From: Mobula hypostoma
Taxonomy: Eukaryota
Assembly: GCF_963921235.1 (NCBI RefSeq)
Contig: NC_086107.1
Span: forward strand, 95,172,001 to 95,232,000
DNA length: 60,000 nt
Direction: 5' to 3'
Shown here: in pieces, positions 48,526 through 60,000 of the stretch
Layout: every line of letters begins with the position of its first letter
Numbering within the stretch: position 1 is the stretch's first letter
Position numbers and translations under genes: made by a program
Notes under the pieces: model-generated
Seen by the model: only the letters and a program-made list of their open reading frames with translations
Database searches by the model: none
What the model was told of the DNA's origin: nothing

Positions 48526-50074
48526 CCAGCCCTTCTCTGCCACCTCTTGCCTCGGGGAAACCCAGCCGGGCCAGGCCTGGGGCCTTGTCTGAGTGCAGCC
48601 GCATCGCCTTGGTCTCTGGACCCGCAGAACTGGCCTGCCACCCCCTCCGAAAATCTACTCCTGGGACCATGGCCTCCATCCAGTTCCAGGATAGCTTCCA
48701 TCCCTCCCAAACCTTGAAGACCCAGCCCCAGGCTCCCGGCAACATCCAGGCCTCTGGGGCCTAAATCCAGAGACCTGGCCTTGATCTGGCCTTATTCCAC
48801 CCTCCACGATCATCTCACCCTTCCCCCCTGCCCCACCCCGACTTCAATCCTTACAACGAATCCCATTTCAGGACTCCCCTCCCTTGCTGAAGGGAGCGGT
48901 TAGGAGGATGGTGTAATTTTCCTGACCAGTGGGAGGTTGGGATGACAGAGGGAAGATGAGGCCTAGTCCTAGTCTGAGGCCTAGACTGCAAAGGAGGGCA
49001 CAAAGTGGTAAGTTCCCCGGGCTGACGCATGCCTCCTCCCGCTCTTGCCCTCCTCTCTGCCTTCTGCCGTGGTTTTGTTTACTTAGGCTTTGTTTAACCT
49101 TCTGTCTCTCTCCCCCCCTCTTCCTCCATCTCCCTTTCCCCCACCCTGACTGTATGTATCCTTCCCTCTCTACTCCTCCTCCCCAATACTCTCTCCTTTC
49201 CTGGCTCCCCCCAACTTCCCTTCCTTCTCTCCCTCTCTCTCCCTTCCCCTATCCTGCTCCCTAACTCACTCCCCCATCTCCCTCTCTCCCCTCCCCTAAC
49301 TCACTCCCCCATCTCCCTCTCTCTCTTTCTCCCTCTATCTCCTTCCCCCTCTTCCCCACATTTCTACCCCTACTTTCCTTTCTGCCCCCCACTGTCTTTC
49401 CCTCCTTCACTCCCCTCCCCAACCCCCTTCTCCTTCCCTCCCCACTCTCCCTCTCCCTACCCCTTTCACCTTCTCTCTCCCTCCCTCCCTCTCCAAGTGA
49501 GGTGAATTAATCCCATTTCACTAACAAAATGGCTGCCACCCCCCCCCGCCCCTTTCTTCCAAGAGATGTTTTGTGACTCTGGATTATCTACCCCTCACCC
49601 TTCCGTCTCTCCTGTCCGCCAGGATCTCTTCGCTGATGCCCCAGGTCCACACAGAGATGGGATCAGAGCTCGGAAGGCCCCAGTGTTTCCAGGGACGCCA
49701 GCAAGGCCTACAGGTGTAGAACAGACCTGCTTCCAAGGTGGCTACCTGACAACCATTCTCCATTCTTTTCAGTCCCCCGAGGAGAGGCACAGACTTGGAG
49801 ATTCCTTGGTGTAGACACAGCAGTTGCTTCCAGAAGTTTCCTTTATACTGAGGGGAGCCATTGCGAAGGGTGGAGGCTTCTGAGGCGAGGGGGCAGAGGT
49901 GAGTATTGTCTGGATGGGGAACAAGGATCCGTGCCTTGGGCCTCTTGTCTCTCTATTCCTCTCTCTCTCTCCCAATTCTCTCTCCAGTCTCTCTCTCCTC
50001 TCCCCTCCCCTCTCCCTCCCCCTCTCCATCAATCTCTCCACCTTCTCACCCCATCTGTGTGTGAAAGTCCATAT

Positions 50075-50660
50075 GAGAAGAGAGAGAGAATGTGTGAGAC
50101 AAAGAGAGATTGTGTGACAGGGAGTGTGTGTGTGTATGTGTGTGTGTGTGTGAGAGAGAGAGATTGTGTGTGAGAGAGAGAGTGTGTGTGAGGGTGTGTG
50201 TGTGTGTGAGAGAGTGCATGTGTGTGAGTGTGAGAGAGAGTGAGTGTGTGAGTGTGTGAGAGAGAGAGATTGTGTGTGAGAGAGAGTGTGTGTGAGTGTG
50301 TGTGTGTGAGAGAGAGAGTGTGTGTGAGTGTGTGTGTGAGAGAGAGTGAGTGTGTGAGTGTGTGTGAGTGTGTGAAAGTACATGTGTGAGTGTGAGAGGG
50401 TGTGTGTGAGAGTGTGAGTGTGTGTGTTAGTGTGTGTGTGAGAGTATGTGTTTGAAAGAGAGTGAGTGTGTGTGAGAGTGAAAGAAAGAGTTTGTGTGAG
50501 AGGGATTATGTGTGAGAGAGTGAGAGTATGAGAGAGAGAGAGAGAGAGAGAGAGTGAGTGAGAGAGAGAGTGAGAGAGAGAGAGAGTGAGTGTGTGAGAG
50601 AGAGAGAGAGTGAGTGTGTGAGAGAGAGAGAGAGAGAGTGAGTGTGTGAGTGAGAGAGCT
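50075..50660. repeat. Compound (GT)n/(GA)n simple repeat
   Basis: Seen directly in the sequence. Confidence 0.95.
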
Positions 50661-51017
50661 GCGAATAAACGGGTCTGTGCGATCCGTCGAGCGACGGAGG
50701 GTCGGGCGGAGACCAGCGACAGTGACGGTGGGGTGGAGATGGGAGGGTGGGGAACGGATGGCATGGAGTGTACCGGAGGCTGCGGTGTGGACGGGAGGGA
50801 GAGGGTTGTTGAGGAGATTTGAGGATGGTGGCGAGCGACTCCTGGGAACCGACGTGATGGTGGGCCGGAGACCGGAGACCAGCAGGCAACCGGAAGAGTG
50901 GGGAACGCACGGGTTGGGACAGTGGGGTGGGGAATGGACAGGACGGTGGGGGGTGCTGACGGGAAGGTGAGGAAGGAGCGGACTGGAGCGAACGGACAGA
51001 AGACCGGCGAGGAACCA

Positions 51018-51102
51018 ACAGTGCACTCTCCCATAAAGTAGCGAGCATTACTCAGTGCCTCTGCCGTTGTAGTGTTTCCTACTTTATGGATGAGTGTACT
51101 GT
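51018..51102 (+). ncRNA. MIR142: miR-142 family precursor hairpin (divergent 5p arm)
   Basis: 3p arm TGTAGTGTTTCCTACTTTATGGA (51068-51090) equals canonical miR-142-3p; 5p arm CATAAAGTAGCGAGCATTACT (51032-51052); basal stem ACAGTGCAC/GTGTACTGT; CNNC motif (CTTC) at 51106-51109. Confidence 0.96.
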
Positions 51103-51279
51103 GAACTTCAGATCCACGTGTCTGCCCGACCCGACCACAGCGGGGACCCTCGCCCACCATCTCCCCGCCTGCGATCGCCCTCGCTCTCCGCTTGTCACTC
51201 GCGGTGGTCACGATTTAAATAAAGGTCAGTAACACGAAACCTGGCTGTCTCGCCGTGTTCTGGAGCTTGGACTGTTGTC

Positions 51280-51410
51280 ACACTCCATCTCTCTCACACA
51301 CACACTCCCTCCCTCTCACACACAGACACACACACAGACAGACACAGACACACAGACACACACACACACACACACACCCTCCCTCTCACACATAGACACA
51401 CACACAGACA

Positions 51411-51457
<47 letters not shown>

Positions 51458-51700
51458 ACACACACACACTCCCTCCCTCTCACACACAGACACACACAGA
51501 GACAAAGACACAGACACACAGACACACACACACACACACACCACATGCAGATACGCAGTCTCGTGCATTCACCCAAACACATCGACACAGATGCAGACAC
51601 ACAACACACACACAAGTACTCACAGATACACACACGTGATACAGAGACACAACTAGTCACAGATACGCACACACATAACACACAGATGCACAGACACACA
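51280..51700. repeat. Compound (CA)n simple repeat
   Basis: Seen directly in the sequence. Confidence 0.9.
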
Positions 51701-53078
51701 CAGATATTCAGACAATTAAGTCGTACTCACACTTACAAACACGTTTACAACCGCAGACACTCTGTTTTGCACAGCCTCAGACCTTGACACGCTTGCACAC
51801 ACGTTTTAAAGCTCAGAGACTTGCACACGCCGTCACACGCGTACACAATCTCTCCAAACAAGAACACAAAATGCAGGAGGAACTCAGCAGGTCAGGCAAC
51901 GCCAAGGAAGGGGAGTGATTGAACCGTCGATGTTTCGGGCCGGGATCCTTCATTGGGACGGGAAAGGAAGGGGGGGGGGAGAAGAAAGTGAGGGGAGAGG
52001 TTGGTGTGTACAAGCTGGCAGGTGATAGGCGAGACCAGATGAAGGGTGAGGGGGTGAGGTGAGGTGGGGGGGGTGGTTGATGTGAGACTCTGTTAGGTGA
52101 TACGTACAAGAAGGAATTGGAGCGGAGAGCGGATCATGGGGGAAAGGGAAGGAGGGAGAGGATCCAACGGGAGGTGAAGAGCAAACGAGGAGAAAAGGAA
52201 TGAGAGGGAAAACGGAACGGGGAATGGGAAAAGAGAGAAGGGGAGGGGAGAGAAATTACCGGAAATTAGATAAATCGATGATCATGTCATCCCTGTCCAA
52301 ACACGAACGCTCTAAATCTCATACAGACAAAATACCAAAAGCTATCACATTGAAACATACACTCACACAATCTCATACAGTCACGCCGAAGGAGTGTCAC
52401 GCACAATCTCAAAAACACTCTCCAACCACATACTTGGTCACCAAATCACCACGTCGAGTTAATTGTTACACGCACGGGTATAGTGTACGCTCACACGGGC
52501 ACAGCAGTTAGAGTTACACTTGGCACTTCAACTCCGGCCGCCGTCCGTAAGGAGTTCGTGCGTTCTCCCCGCGGCCGCGTCGGTTTCCTCCCACATTACA
52601 AAGACGTACCGGTTCAGGTTAGCAGGAAGTGGCAACGTGGCCACCAGTGTTGCAGTGATGAGGGATGTGCCGGTTGGTTCAAGAACTAAGTGGTTGAAGG
52701 GAAGTCGCTGTTCTTGAACCTGGTGGTGTGGGACTTCAGGCCTCTGTATCTCCTGCCCGGTAGTAGCTGCGAGAAGATGGCATGGTCCGGATAGTGCGGA
52801 TCTTTCATGATGGACGCTGCCTTTTCTGTAGATGCTACCGATGGAGAGGAGGGGATGTGCCCACGATGTAATGACCTGGTCCGCTGCTCTCTGCAGCTTC
52901 TTGCGTTCATGTGTATTTGAATTGCCATGATGCAACCAGTTAGGACACTTCCAACAGTGTATCTGTAAAGGTTTGTTAGTGTTCGGTGATAAACTCATAC
53001 GCATAGAAATACCTTTCACACAGCAATGACAGTCTCTCTCTTTCCCATTCACTCTTCCACACGCTTGGAGCCACACGA

Positions 53079-53112
53079 TGCAGTAACTCTATATGGCCAC
53101 TAGAGGGCAGCG
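53079..53112 (+). promoter_or_regulatory. CTCF site with upstream motif
   Basis: TGCAGTA..TGGCCACTAGAGGGCAGCG closely matches the CTCF core plus the upstream TGCAG module. Confidence 0.7.
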
Positions 53113-53249
53113 TTGTCCAGCAGCTGCTCAACCTGCTGAACGTTCCCAGCATTTTTTTGTGAAGCAACACACATCAAAGTTGCTGGTGAACGAGCAGGCC
53201 AAGCAGCATCTATAGGAAGAGGCGCAGTCGACGTTTCAGGCCGAGACGT

Positions 53250-53990
53250 TTATTATCACCGGCAAGTCTCGAGAAATTTGTTAACTTAGCGGCAGCGGTA
53301 CAATGCAATACCTGATAATACAGGGGGAAATAAATAATTAATTCACAGTAAAAATTTTAAATAGTTAAATTAAATATAGTGCAAAACAGAAATAATAAAA
53401 GTGAGGTAGTGTTCATAGGTTCAATGTCCATTTAGGAATCGGATGGTAGAGAGGAAGAAGCTGTTCCTGAATCGCTGAGTTTGTGCCTTCAGGCTTCTGT
53501 ACCTCCTTCCTGACGGTAATAACGAGAAGAGGGCATGTCCTGGCTGATGGGTTTCCTTAACAATGGACGCCACCCTTCTGAGGCACCGCTCCTTGAAGAT
53601 GTTTTGGATACTACGGAGGCTAGTACCCAACATGGAGCTGGCTAATTTTACAACAGTCTGTAACCGCGCCACCCCCCCCCCCCCCATACCAGACAGTGAG
53701 GCTGCCAGTCAGAATGCTCTCCACAGTACATCTGTAGAAGTTTTCAAGTGTCTTTGGTGACAAACCAAATCTCCTCAAACTCCTAATGAAGTATAGCCGC
53801 TGTCTTGCCTTCTTTATAGCTGCATCGATGTATTGGGACCAGATTAGATCCTCTGAGATCGTGACACCCAGGAACTTGAAATCACCCACTCCTGATCCCT
53901 CTATGGGGATTGGTTTGTGTTCCCTCGTCTTACCCTTTCTGGTCCACAATCAGCTCTTTGGTCTTACTGACGCTGAGTGCCAGGCTGTTA
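53250..53990 (-). mobile_element. Rex/L2-type LINE 3' fragment
   Basis: FKFLGVTISEDL..KARQRLYFIRSL..LLPSGRRYRSL in ORFs 53620..53949 and 53421..53687. Confidence 0.8.
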
Positions 53991-55068
53991 CTCACACTCG
54001 GCTCCCTTCTCCACTGGGGCCGGCAGTTCAGGGCAAGGGAACCTGCTCTCAGTCCCCAGCGGTGGACCCCAAGCTCCCTTTACAATACATCACAGACACA
54101 TCCCTAACCACCATCACGGTGTCTACAGGAGGTGCTGCGTCAAGGAGTCAAAGTCCATCACCAGAGATCCTCAGTACAGCAACACTGCTAATTCTTTGTA
54201 CTACAATGGACTGTTGTTCCAATTTTGTTCTTTCTTGTATAATGTTGCATGTTCTATGTTTTTTTTTTCTAAACATTGTCCTTCTACTTCATTGTTATCA
54301 GACTATTGAATGGTTCCCTAGTAATGATGAGACGAACTCTTAACCTCACAATCTATATCGTTGTGGCCCCTGCACCTTGCTGTTTGCCTGCGCTGCACTT
54401 TCTCTGTAACAATAACACTACTCTGCATTTCGCTATTGCTTTTCCCTTGTACGGCCTGGGTGCACTGATAAGTGAAATGTGGTAGTACAGAAAGACAAGC
54501 TTTGCATTGCGCTTCGGTACCTGTGACAATAATAAACCAAAGTCCCCGCAGTTTGTCCATCTCGAACGACAGGGCCGCACTTGCAGTTTTCAAACCAGAA
54601 CTTGGCAAGCCTTAAAGACGTGACCTCAGCTGATCTCCGAAGCCAGGTCTCTTAATTCCAGGTAGCTGATCTCGTTGTTGAAGAGTTCAGGCATACAATA
54701 AGGTGTAAAGTGTAAGGGTCACGGCTAGATTGATTGAGAGGTCAGGAGTCCATCTGATTGTACTAGGGAACCATTCAATAGTCTGATAACAGCGGGGTAG
54801 AAATGGGAAATTCACCTACATTATGAAATATTATACAAGAAAGGACAAAGTTTGAATAAAAGTGCCTGCACTGCACTTCCTCTATAGCCGTGACACTGCA
54901 TTTAAACAACAGCAATTTTAAATTCCTCAGTGCAATCAATTCAGAGGACTGTCCTGGGCCATCAGGTAAGTGTAATTACAAAGAGAGCACAGCAGGGCTT
55001 TTACTTCCCTAGGGGTATGCGAAGGTTCGGCATGACATCTGAAACTTTGACTAACTTCTATAGATGTG

Positions 55069-55490
55069 TCTTTACTGTCTGTTACGCCGCTGGCGTTTCG
55101 GGCGGCAATGAAGGTCCTCCATCTCTGGTGGTGATCAGGGCTTCCTTCGTCGTGTCAGTAACTTCTCAGTTTTCACTACTGTCAGTCATGTAAGTACCGG
55201 TGGAGACTCAGGAATACCATCACACTCAGATGTAGAAAGTGTCTTCATTGCTGTTTCCGTAACAATTTTGTTTTATCAGTCAGGGTTGTTAACCCTGAGC
55301 TGAACCCCCGGAACCTGGAGGACCGGTGGACCACTCTTAGTCTGGCCTCTACCCTTTGACCTGTTTGGCATGGGTGACCCTACCAAGAGCCAAAGCAATA
55401 AAGTCCTGACTCCAGCCAACGTAGCTCTCCGGATCAATGAGGTATGCAAGCCTCCAAACCCTACGACAAGGTTGTGGTTTTCTTGGAGGC
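55069..55490 (-). mobile_element. ~420-bp non-autonomous element, probably RTE-derived (copy 2), inserted in a Rex/L2-type fragment (54945-56115 +)
   Basis: 9-bp TSD ATAGATGTG at 55060-55068 and 55491-55499; the host frame NFYRC|..ESILT rejoins across it. Confidence 0.8.
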
Positions 55491-56159
55491 ATAGATGTGC
55501 AATGGAGAGTATATTGACTAGCTGCATCTCAGTCTGGTATGGAATCACCAATGTCCTTGAACGGAAATATCCTAAAAATGTAGTGGATATGGCCCGGTCC
55601 ATTACGGGTAAAGCCCTTTTCACTACTGAGCACATCTACACGGAGTGTTATTGAAGAAAACAGCATCCATCATCGGGGACCCCCACCACCTAGAACAAGC
55701 TCTCTTCTCACCGCTGTCATCAGGAAGAAGGTACAGGGGCCTCAGGACTCACACCACCAGGTTCAGGAACAGTTATTACCCCTCAACCATCAGGCTCTTG
55801 AATCAGAGGGGATAACTTCACTTGCCCCATCACTGAACTGTTCCCACAACCTATGGACACACTTTCAAGGGCTCTTCATTTCGTGTTCTTAATATTTATT
55901 GCTTATTTATCTATTATTTTCTTTTAGTACTTGCACAGTTTGCTGTCTTTTTGCACACTGGTTGAAAGCCCAAGTTGGGCGATCTTTCATTGATTCTGTT
56001 ATGGTGATTATTCTATGGATGTATTGAGTATGCCCGCAAGAAAATGAATCTGAGGGTTGTATATGCTGACATACCGTGTATGTACTTTGATAATAAATTT
56101 ACTTGGAACTTAATTCTGCATTCTGTTATTGATTTACCTTGCACTATCTCAATGTGCTG

Positions 56160-56900
56160 TCATAGAGACAGAGAAAAAACCCAGCAGAAACAGGCCCTTT
56201 GGCCCATCTAGTCCATGCCAAACCATTTAAACTGCCTACTGTCATCGACCTGCAATGGGACCATTACCCCCCATGCCCCTAGCATCCATGTACCTGTCCA
56301 AACTTCTCTTAAACTTTGAAATTGAGCTTGCATGCACCCTTGCAGTGACAGCTCACCACACACTCGCACCACCCTCTGAGTGAAGATATTTCCTCTCAAA
56401 CTTTTCACCTTTCACCCTTAACTTATGACCTCTAGCTGTGTCCCACCCAACCTCAGTGCTTGCACGAATACATTTACCCCATTATCTATACCCCTCATAA
56501 TTTTGTATACCCCTATCAAACCTCTTCTCAATCTTCTACGTTCCAAGGAATAAAATCCTAACATATTCAATCTTTCCTTATAACTCTGGTCCTCTAGACC
56601 CGGCAACATCCTTGTACATTTTCTCTGCAGTATTTCAATCTTATTTGCAACTTTCCTGTCGGTAGGTGACCAAAACTGCACAGAATACTCCAAATTACGC
56701 CTCACCAACTTCTTCAACAACTTCAACCTAACATCCCATCTCCTGTACTCAGTCCATCGATTTATGAAGGCCAATGGGCCAGAAGCTTTCTTTACAACCC
56801 TACCTACCTGTGACGCCACTTTCAATGAATTATGGACCTGTATTCCCAGATCCCTTTGTTCTACCACACTCCTCAGTGCCGTACTGTTCACTGTGTAATG
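56160..56900 (-). mobile_element. Old CR1 3' fragment
   Basis: ORF 56418..56891 QRDLGIQVH..LEYSVQFWSP..SLERRRLR. Confidence 0.8.
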
Positions 56901-57233
56901 ATCTAATCTGTATGATCTGTATGCAACAGAAGGGATTGCCCTGAGGGAAAAGGACGGGACGCAAACTGAAGCGAGCTGGGAGGTTGGCTCGGAAATCGGA
57001 CAAGTGGAATTAGTTTAGGTATTTGCAAGGGGAAGAAAGAGAAGTACAATAAACACTGGTTTTTGTAGAACTGTGGCTCCGGGACAACATCCCACGCACC
57101 ACCAGCCTTCAGCCCATAACAATCAGGGACTATTTTGTCTGTGCTGAATCGCAACTGTGTGTGCTGTGTGTGACTATGTGTACTGTACTGTGTTTTGCAT
57201 CTGGCATCATTTAGGATGCTTCATTTAGCTGTA

Positions 57234-59500
57234 TACAGTATTGCGCAAAAGTATTATATATATAGCTAGGGACTTTGCACTGTACTGTAATAATTCTATG
57301 TATTGCATTGCACCACTGCCGCAGAAATAACAGATTTCATGATATATATGAGTGATGATAAACCATTCTGATATGGGTTTCTATCTAGACTGAGAGTGGG
57401 AAGGGGGCGGGGAGAGGGGAATTATGGTTGGGAAAAGGGGAAGAGAGGGGAGGGAGCAGGAAGCACCAAAGAGACATTCTGTAATGATCAATAAACCGAT
57501 TGTTTGGAATCAATTGACGCTGCCCGGTGTCCGAGGGCTGGGCGTGTCTGCACCCACGCCACCTCCTGCACTGGCACCCCTTCTCTGCCACCAGTCCCAC
57601 ACCCCTCCCACGGCACTCCACCCTCGCCATTCCCAACATCGTTTACTCCCACCACATTTACAAGCTCACTCTCCGCTCCACGTTAACAAATACAGCTGTG
57701 TAAAAGTCTTGGGTACCCTAGTTAGATGTGAGTGTGTGTCTAAGACTTTGGTATGATTGAATGACAATTAAGCTTAAACTTAAATTTTACGAAAAGCTAT
57801 ACATAAACAAACAGCCAATGTGCAAAACAAGCCAAACTGTACAAATAAAAAAAATACTGAGGACAAAGGGGAAACGCAGCAACAGATTGCAATTTAACCA
57901 TTTACTGCGCTCGGTTCTCCTGATGTGGCCTCATTTACAACCGGCGAGACTGGGCCACGGTTCCGCTTGCTCTGGCCGTCACTTCCTCACCTCCCCGTCC
58001 GCCTGTCCCCCAGGCCCCAGGCGTAAGGCTGGAGGGACCAGAGACCTCAGCCGCCGGGAGCTGGAGGGGAAAGGAGTGGTCGAAGCACTGCACTGGGACT
58101 GTGAGTGGCAAAGGGAATCGTTAGCAAGAGAGATTCTGCAGATGCTGGGAACCATAAGAGTGTAAGACATAGGAGCAGAATTAGGCTATATTCTGTCTCT
58201 TGAGTCTGCTCCGCCGTTTCATCATGACAGACCTGCTTCCCTCTCAAACCCACTCTCCTGTCTTCTTCCCGAAACCTTTCATGGCCTGATTAATCAGCCT
58301 TAAAAATATTCAATGACTTGGCTTCACAGACACCTATGCCATCAAATTCCACAGATTCACTATCCTAAGGGAATTCCTCCCCTCCTCCGTTCTAAATGGA
58401 TGCCCCTCTATCCTAAAGCTGTGCTCTCTGGTCCTAGACTTCCCCATCATAGGAAACACCCTCTCCGAATCCACCTTATCTAGGCCTTTCGACATTTTCA
58501 ATGAGATCCCCCCTCATTCTCTTAAATTCCAGTGAGTCATGCCCAGAGCCATGGTGGGCAGCACACAAAATGTTTGAGGAACTCAGCAAGTATGGGAGGA
58601 TCTGTTCATTCCCCTCCATGGATGCTGCCTGAATTCCTCCAACCTTTTGTACGTGTGGCAAATGCTGGCCTTCCTTGCTAGCGGGATTGAATTTAAGAGC
58701 AGCTGGGGTTAGGTTACAACTGCGCAGGGTACTGGTGAGGTCACACCAGGAGCACTGTGTGCAGTTCTGGTCTCTTTGCTTGAGGAGAGAGGCTTCGGAG
58801 GTGTTTCACCAAGTTGATTTCGTGATGAGGGGGTCAGCACGGTACTGTATTTGTCAACGTGGAGCGGAGAGCGAGTTTATAAATCCGACTGGAGCAAAGG
58901 ATTTGGAAATGGCGAGGGTGGAGCATCATCGGAGGGGTGTGAGACGGGTGGCAGAGGAGTGCCAGGGTTGGGGGTTGGCGCGGGTGCAGACACACCCAGC
59001 CCTAAGACACCAGGCAAGGTCATTTGATTCCAAACAAACTCTCCCGGCCCCTTTCCCACTCTCAGACCACAATAGAGACCCATAACAGAATCAGGTTTAT
59101 CAGCACTCACATCATGATTTTTATTTTTGTGGCCGCTGTACAGTATAGTACATAAAATTACCACAGTACTGTACAGCAGTCTTATGCAATAAAACTATAC
59201 ATAGTAAATTACAAAAGTCTTCGGCAGGGAGAGGGGAATCACGGTTGGGAAAAGGGGAAGTACCAGAGACATTCTGTAATGATCAATAAACCAATTGTTT
59301 GGAATCAAATGACCTTACCTGGTGTCTCAGGGCTGGGTGTGTCTGCACCCACTACACTCCTTCTCTGCCACCTGTCCCACACCCCTCCCGCGGCGCTCCA
59401 CCCTCACCATTGCTCCCGCCAGATTTACACACTCGGTCTCCGTTCCATGCTGACAAATACGGTACCCTGCAAAAGTCTGAACACTCTCGCTATATATACA
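57234..59500. repeat. Three copies of an unclassified dispersed repeat (57300-57750 +, 58880-59170 -, 59225-59500 +) with short Tc1-like ends, among CR1/Penelope debris
   Basis: Shared core TTTGGAATCAAATGACCTTGCCTGGTGTC..GGGCTGGGTGTGTCTGCACCC; nearby CAGTA(C/T)TG(T/C)GCAAAAGT-like ends. Confidence 0.55.
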
Positions 59501-60000
59501 ATATCTGAGCTTACGATTTTTGCAGTGCAGAATGTTTCCCTCCTGCCAGACCTATTGTCTCCGTTTCTAAGCTACCTGCCGAGGTCGAAGGTGGGGAGAG
59601 GGAAGTTCATACTGGCTGGTACCACTCGCCGTGGTTATGTGCCCTGTTGTATGACGTGGGTGATTCTGGTCTTTCCATGACCGTGATTGTTTTTGGCAAA
59701 CTTTTCTACGGAAGTGGTTTGCCATTGCCTCCTTCTGGGCAGTGTCTTTACAAGACGGGCGACCCCAGCCATTGTCAATACCCTTCAGAGATCGTCTGTT
59801 TGGCGTCAGTGGTTGGATAACCAGGACTTCTGGTACCACTAAGGGGACGGAAAAGCACGGGCTAAGAGTAGCTTTTGAAGGATATAAAAGGGCATCATAT
59901 TGGTGCAAACAGGCATCATCCCTTAGCGTGGGTCGTGACTGGTGCTGAGACAGAGAGATGGCGTGAAAGGCTCTCGGAAACCTGAAGTTCCCTCTGTTCA

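Larger units (their letters stand above)
48545..51245 (+). ncRNA. Predicted spliced pri-miR-142 host gene (exon ~48545-49007, exon 49623-49898, 3' end near 51240)
   Basis: Donor G|GTAAGT at 49007/49008; pyrimidine-rich acceptor CCGCCAG| at 49622; donor GAG|GTGAGT at 49898/49899; AATAAA at 51218-51223; no recognisable protein. Confidence 0.5.

Noticed and set aside
48407..48717. Possible coding exon after a polypyrimidine tract and AG at 48405-48406
   Set aside because: Two frames stop early and the third has no recognisable similarity; the motif content fits a promoter better.
49769..51787. Long ORFs (480 aa, 199 aa, 180 aa, 170 aa) around the miRNA
   Set aside because: They are products of GT/GA/CA simple repeats that lack stop codons; low-complexity translations with no domain.

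Overview
Repeat-dense vertebrate genomic DNA, probably a cartilaginous fish such as a ray (inferred from the CR1, Rex/L2, Tx1, Penelope and V-SINE repeat mix). Host genes: one late coding exon of PKMYT1 on the minus strand (230 to the window start); ELOB coding exons 2-4 (6087-6221, 14656-14764, 19490-19602) with a ~2 kb 3'UTR; and a divergent miR-142 hairpin (51018-51102) inside a predicted spliced non-coding host gene with a RUNX/ETS-rich promoter and a downstream CTCF site. Most of the remainder is nested transposons. These include a near-intact full-length CR1 (25434-29921) whose ORF1/ORF2 junction carries a U_UUA_AAC -1 frameshift heptamer that recurs in a divergent CR1 in the same window, a tandemly duplicated CR1 promoter monomer, Penelope-like elements with hammerhead ribozyme cores, Tc1 and Tigger DNA transposons, and a solo LTR. 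The upstream PKMYT1 exons and ELOB exon 1 could not be found, which suggests interleaved genes or an assembly discontinuity. All calls were made by eye. Reference sequences are recalled rather than searched, and most transposon boundaries are approximate.
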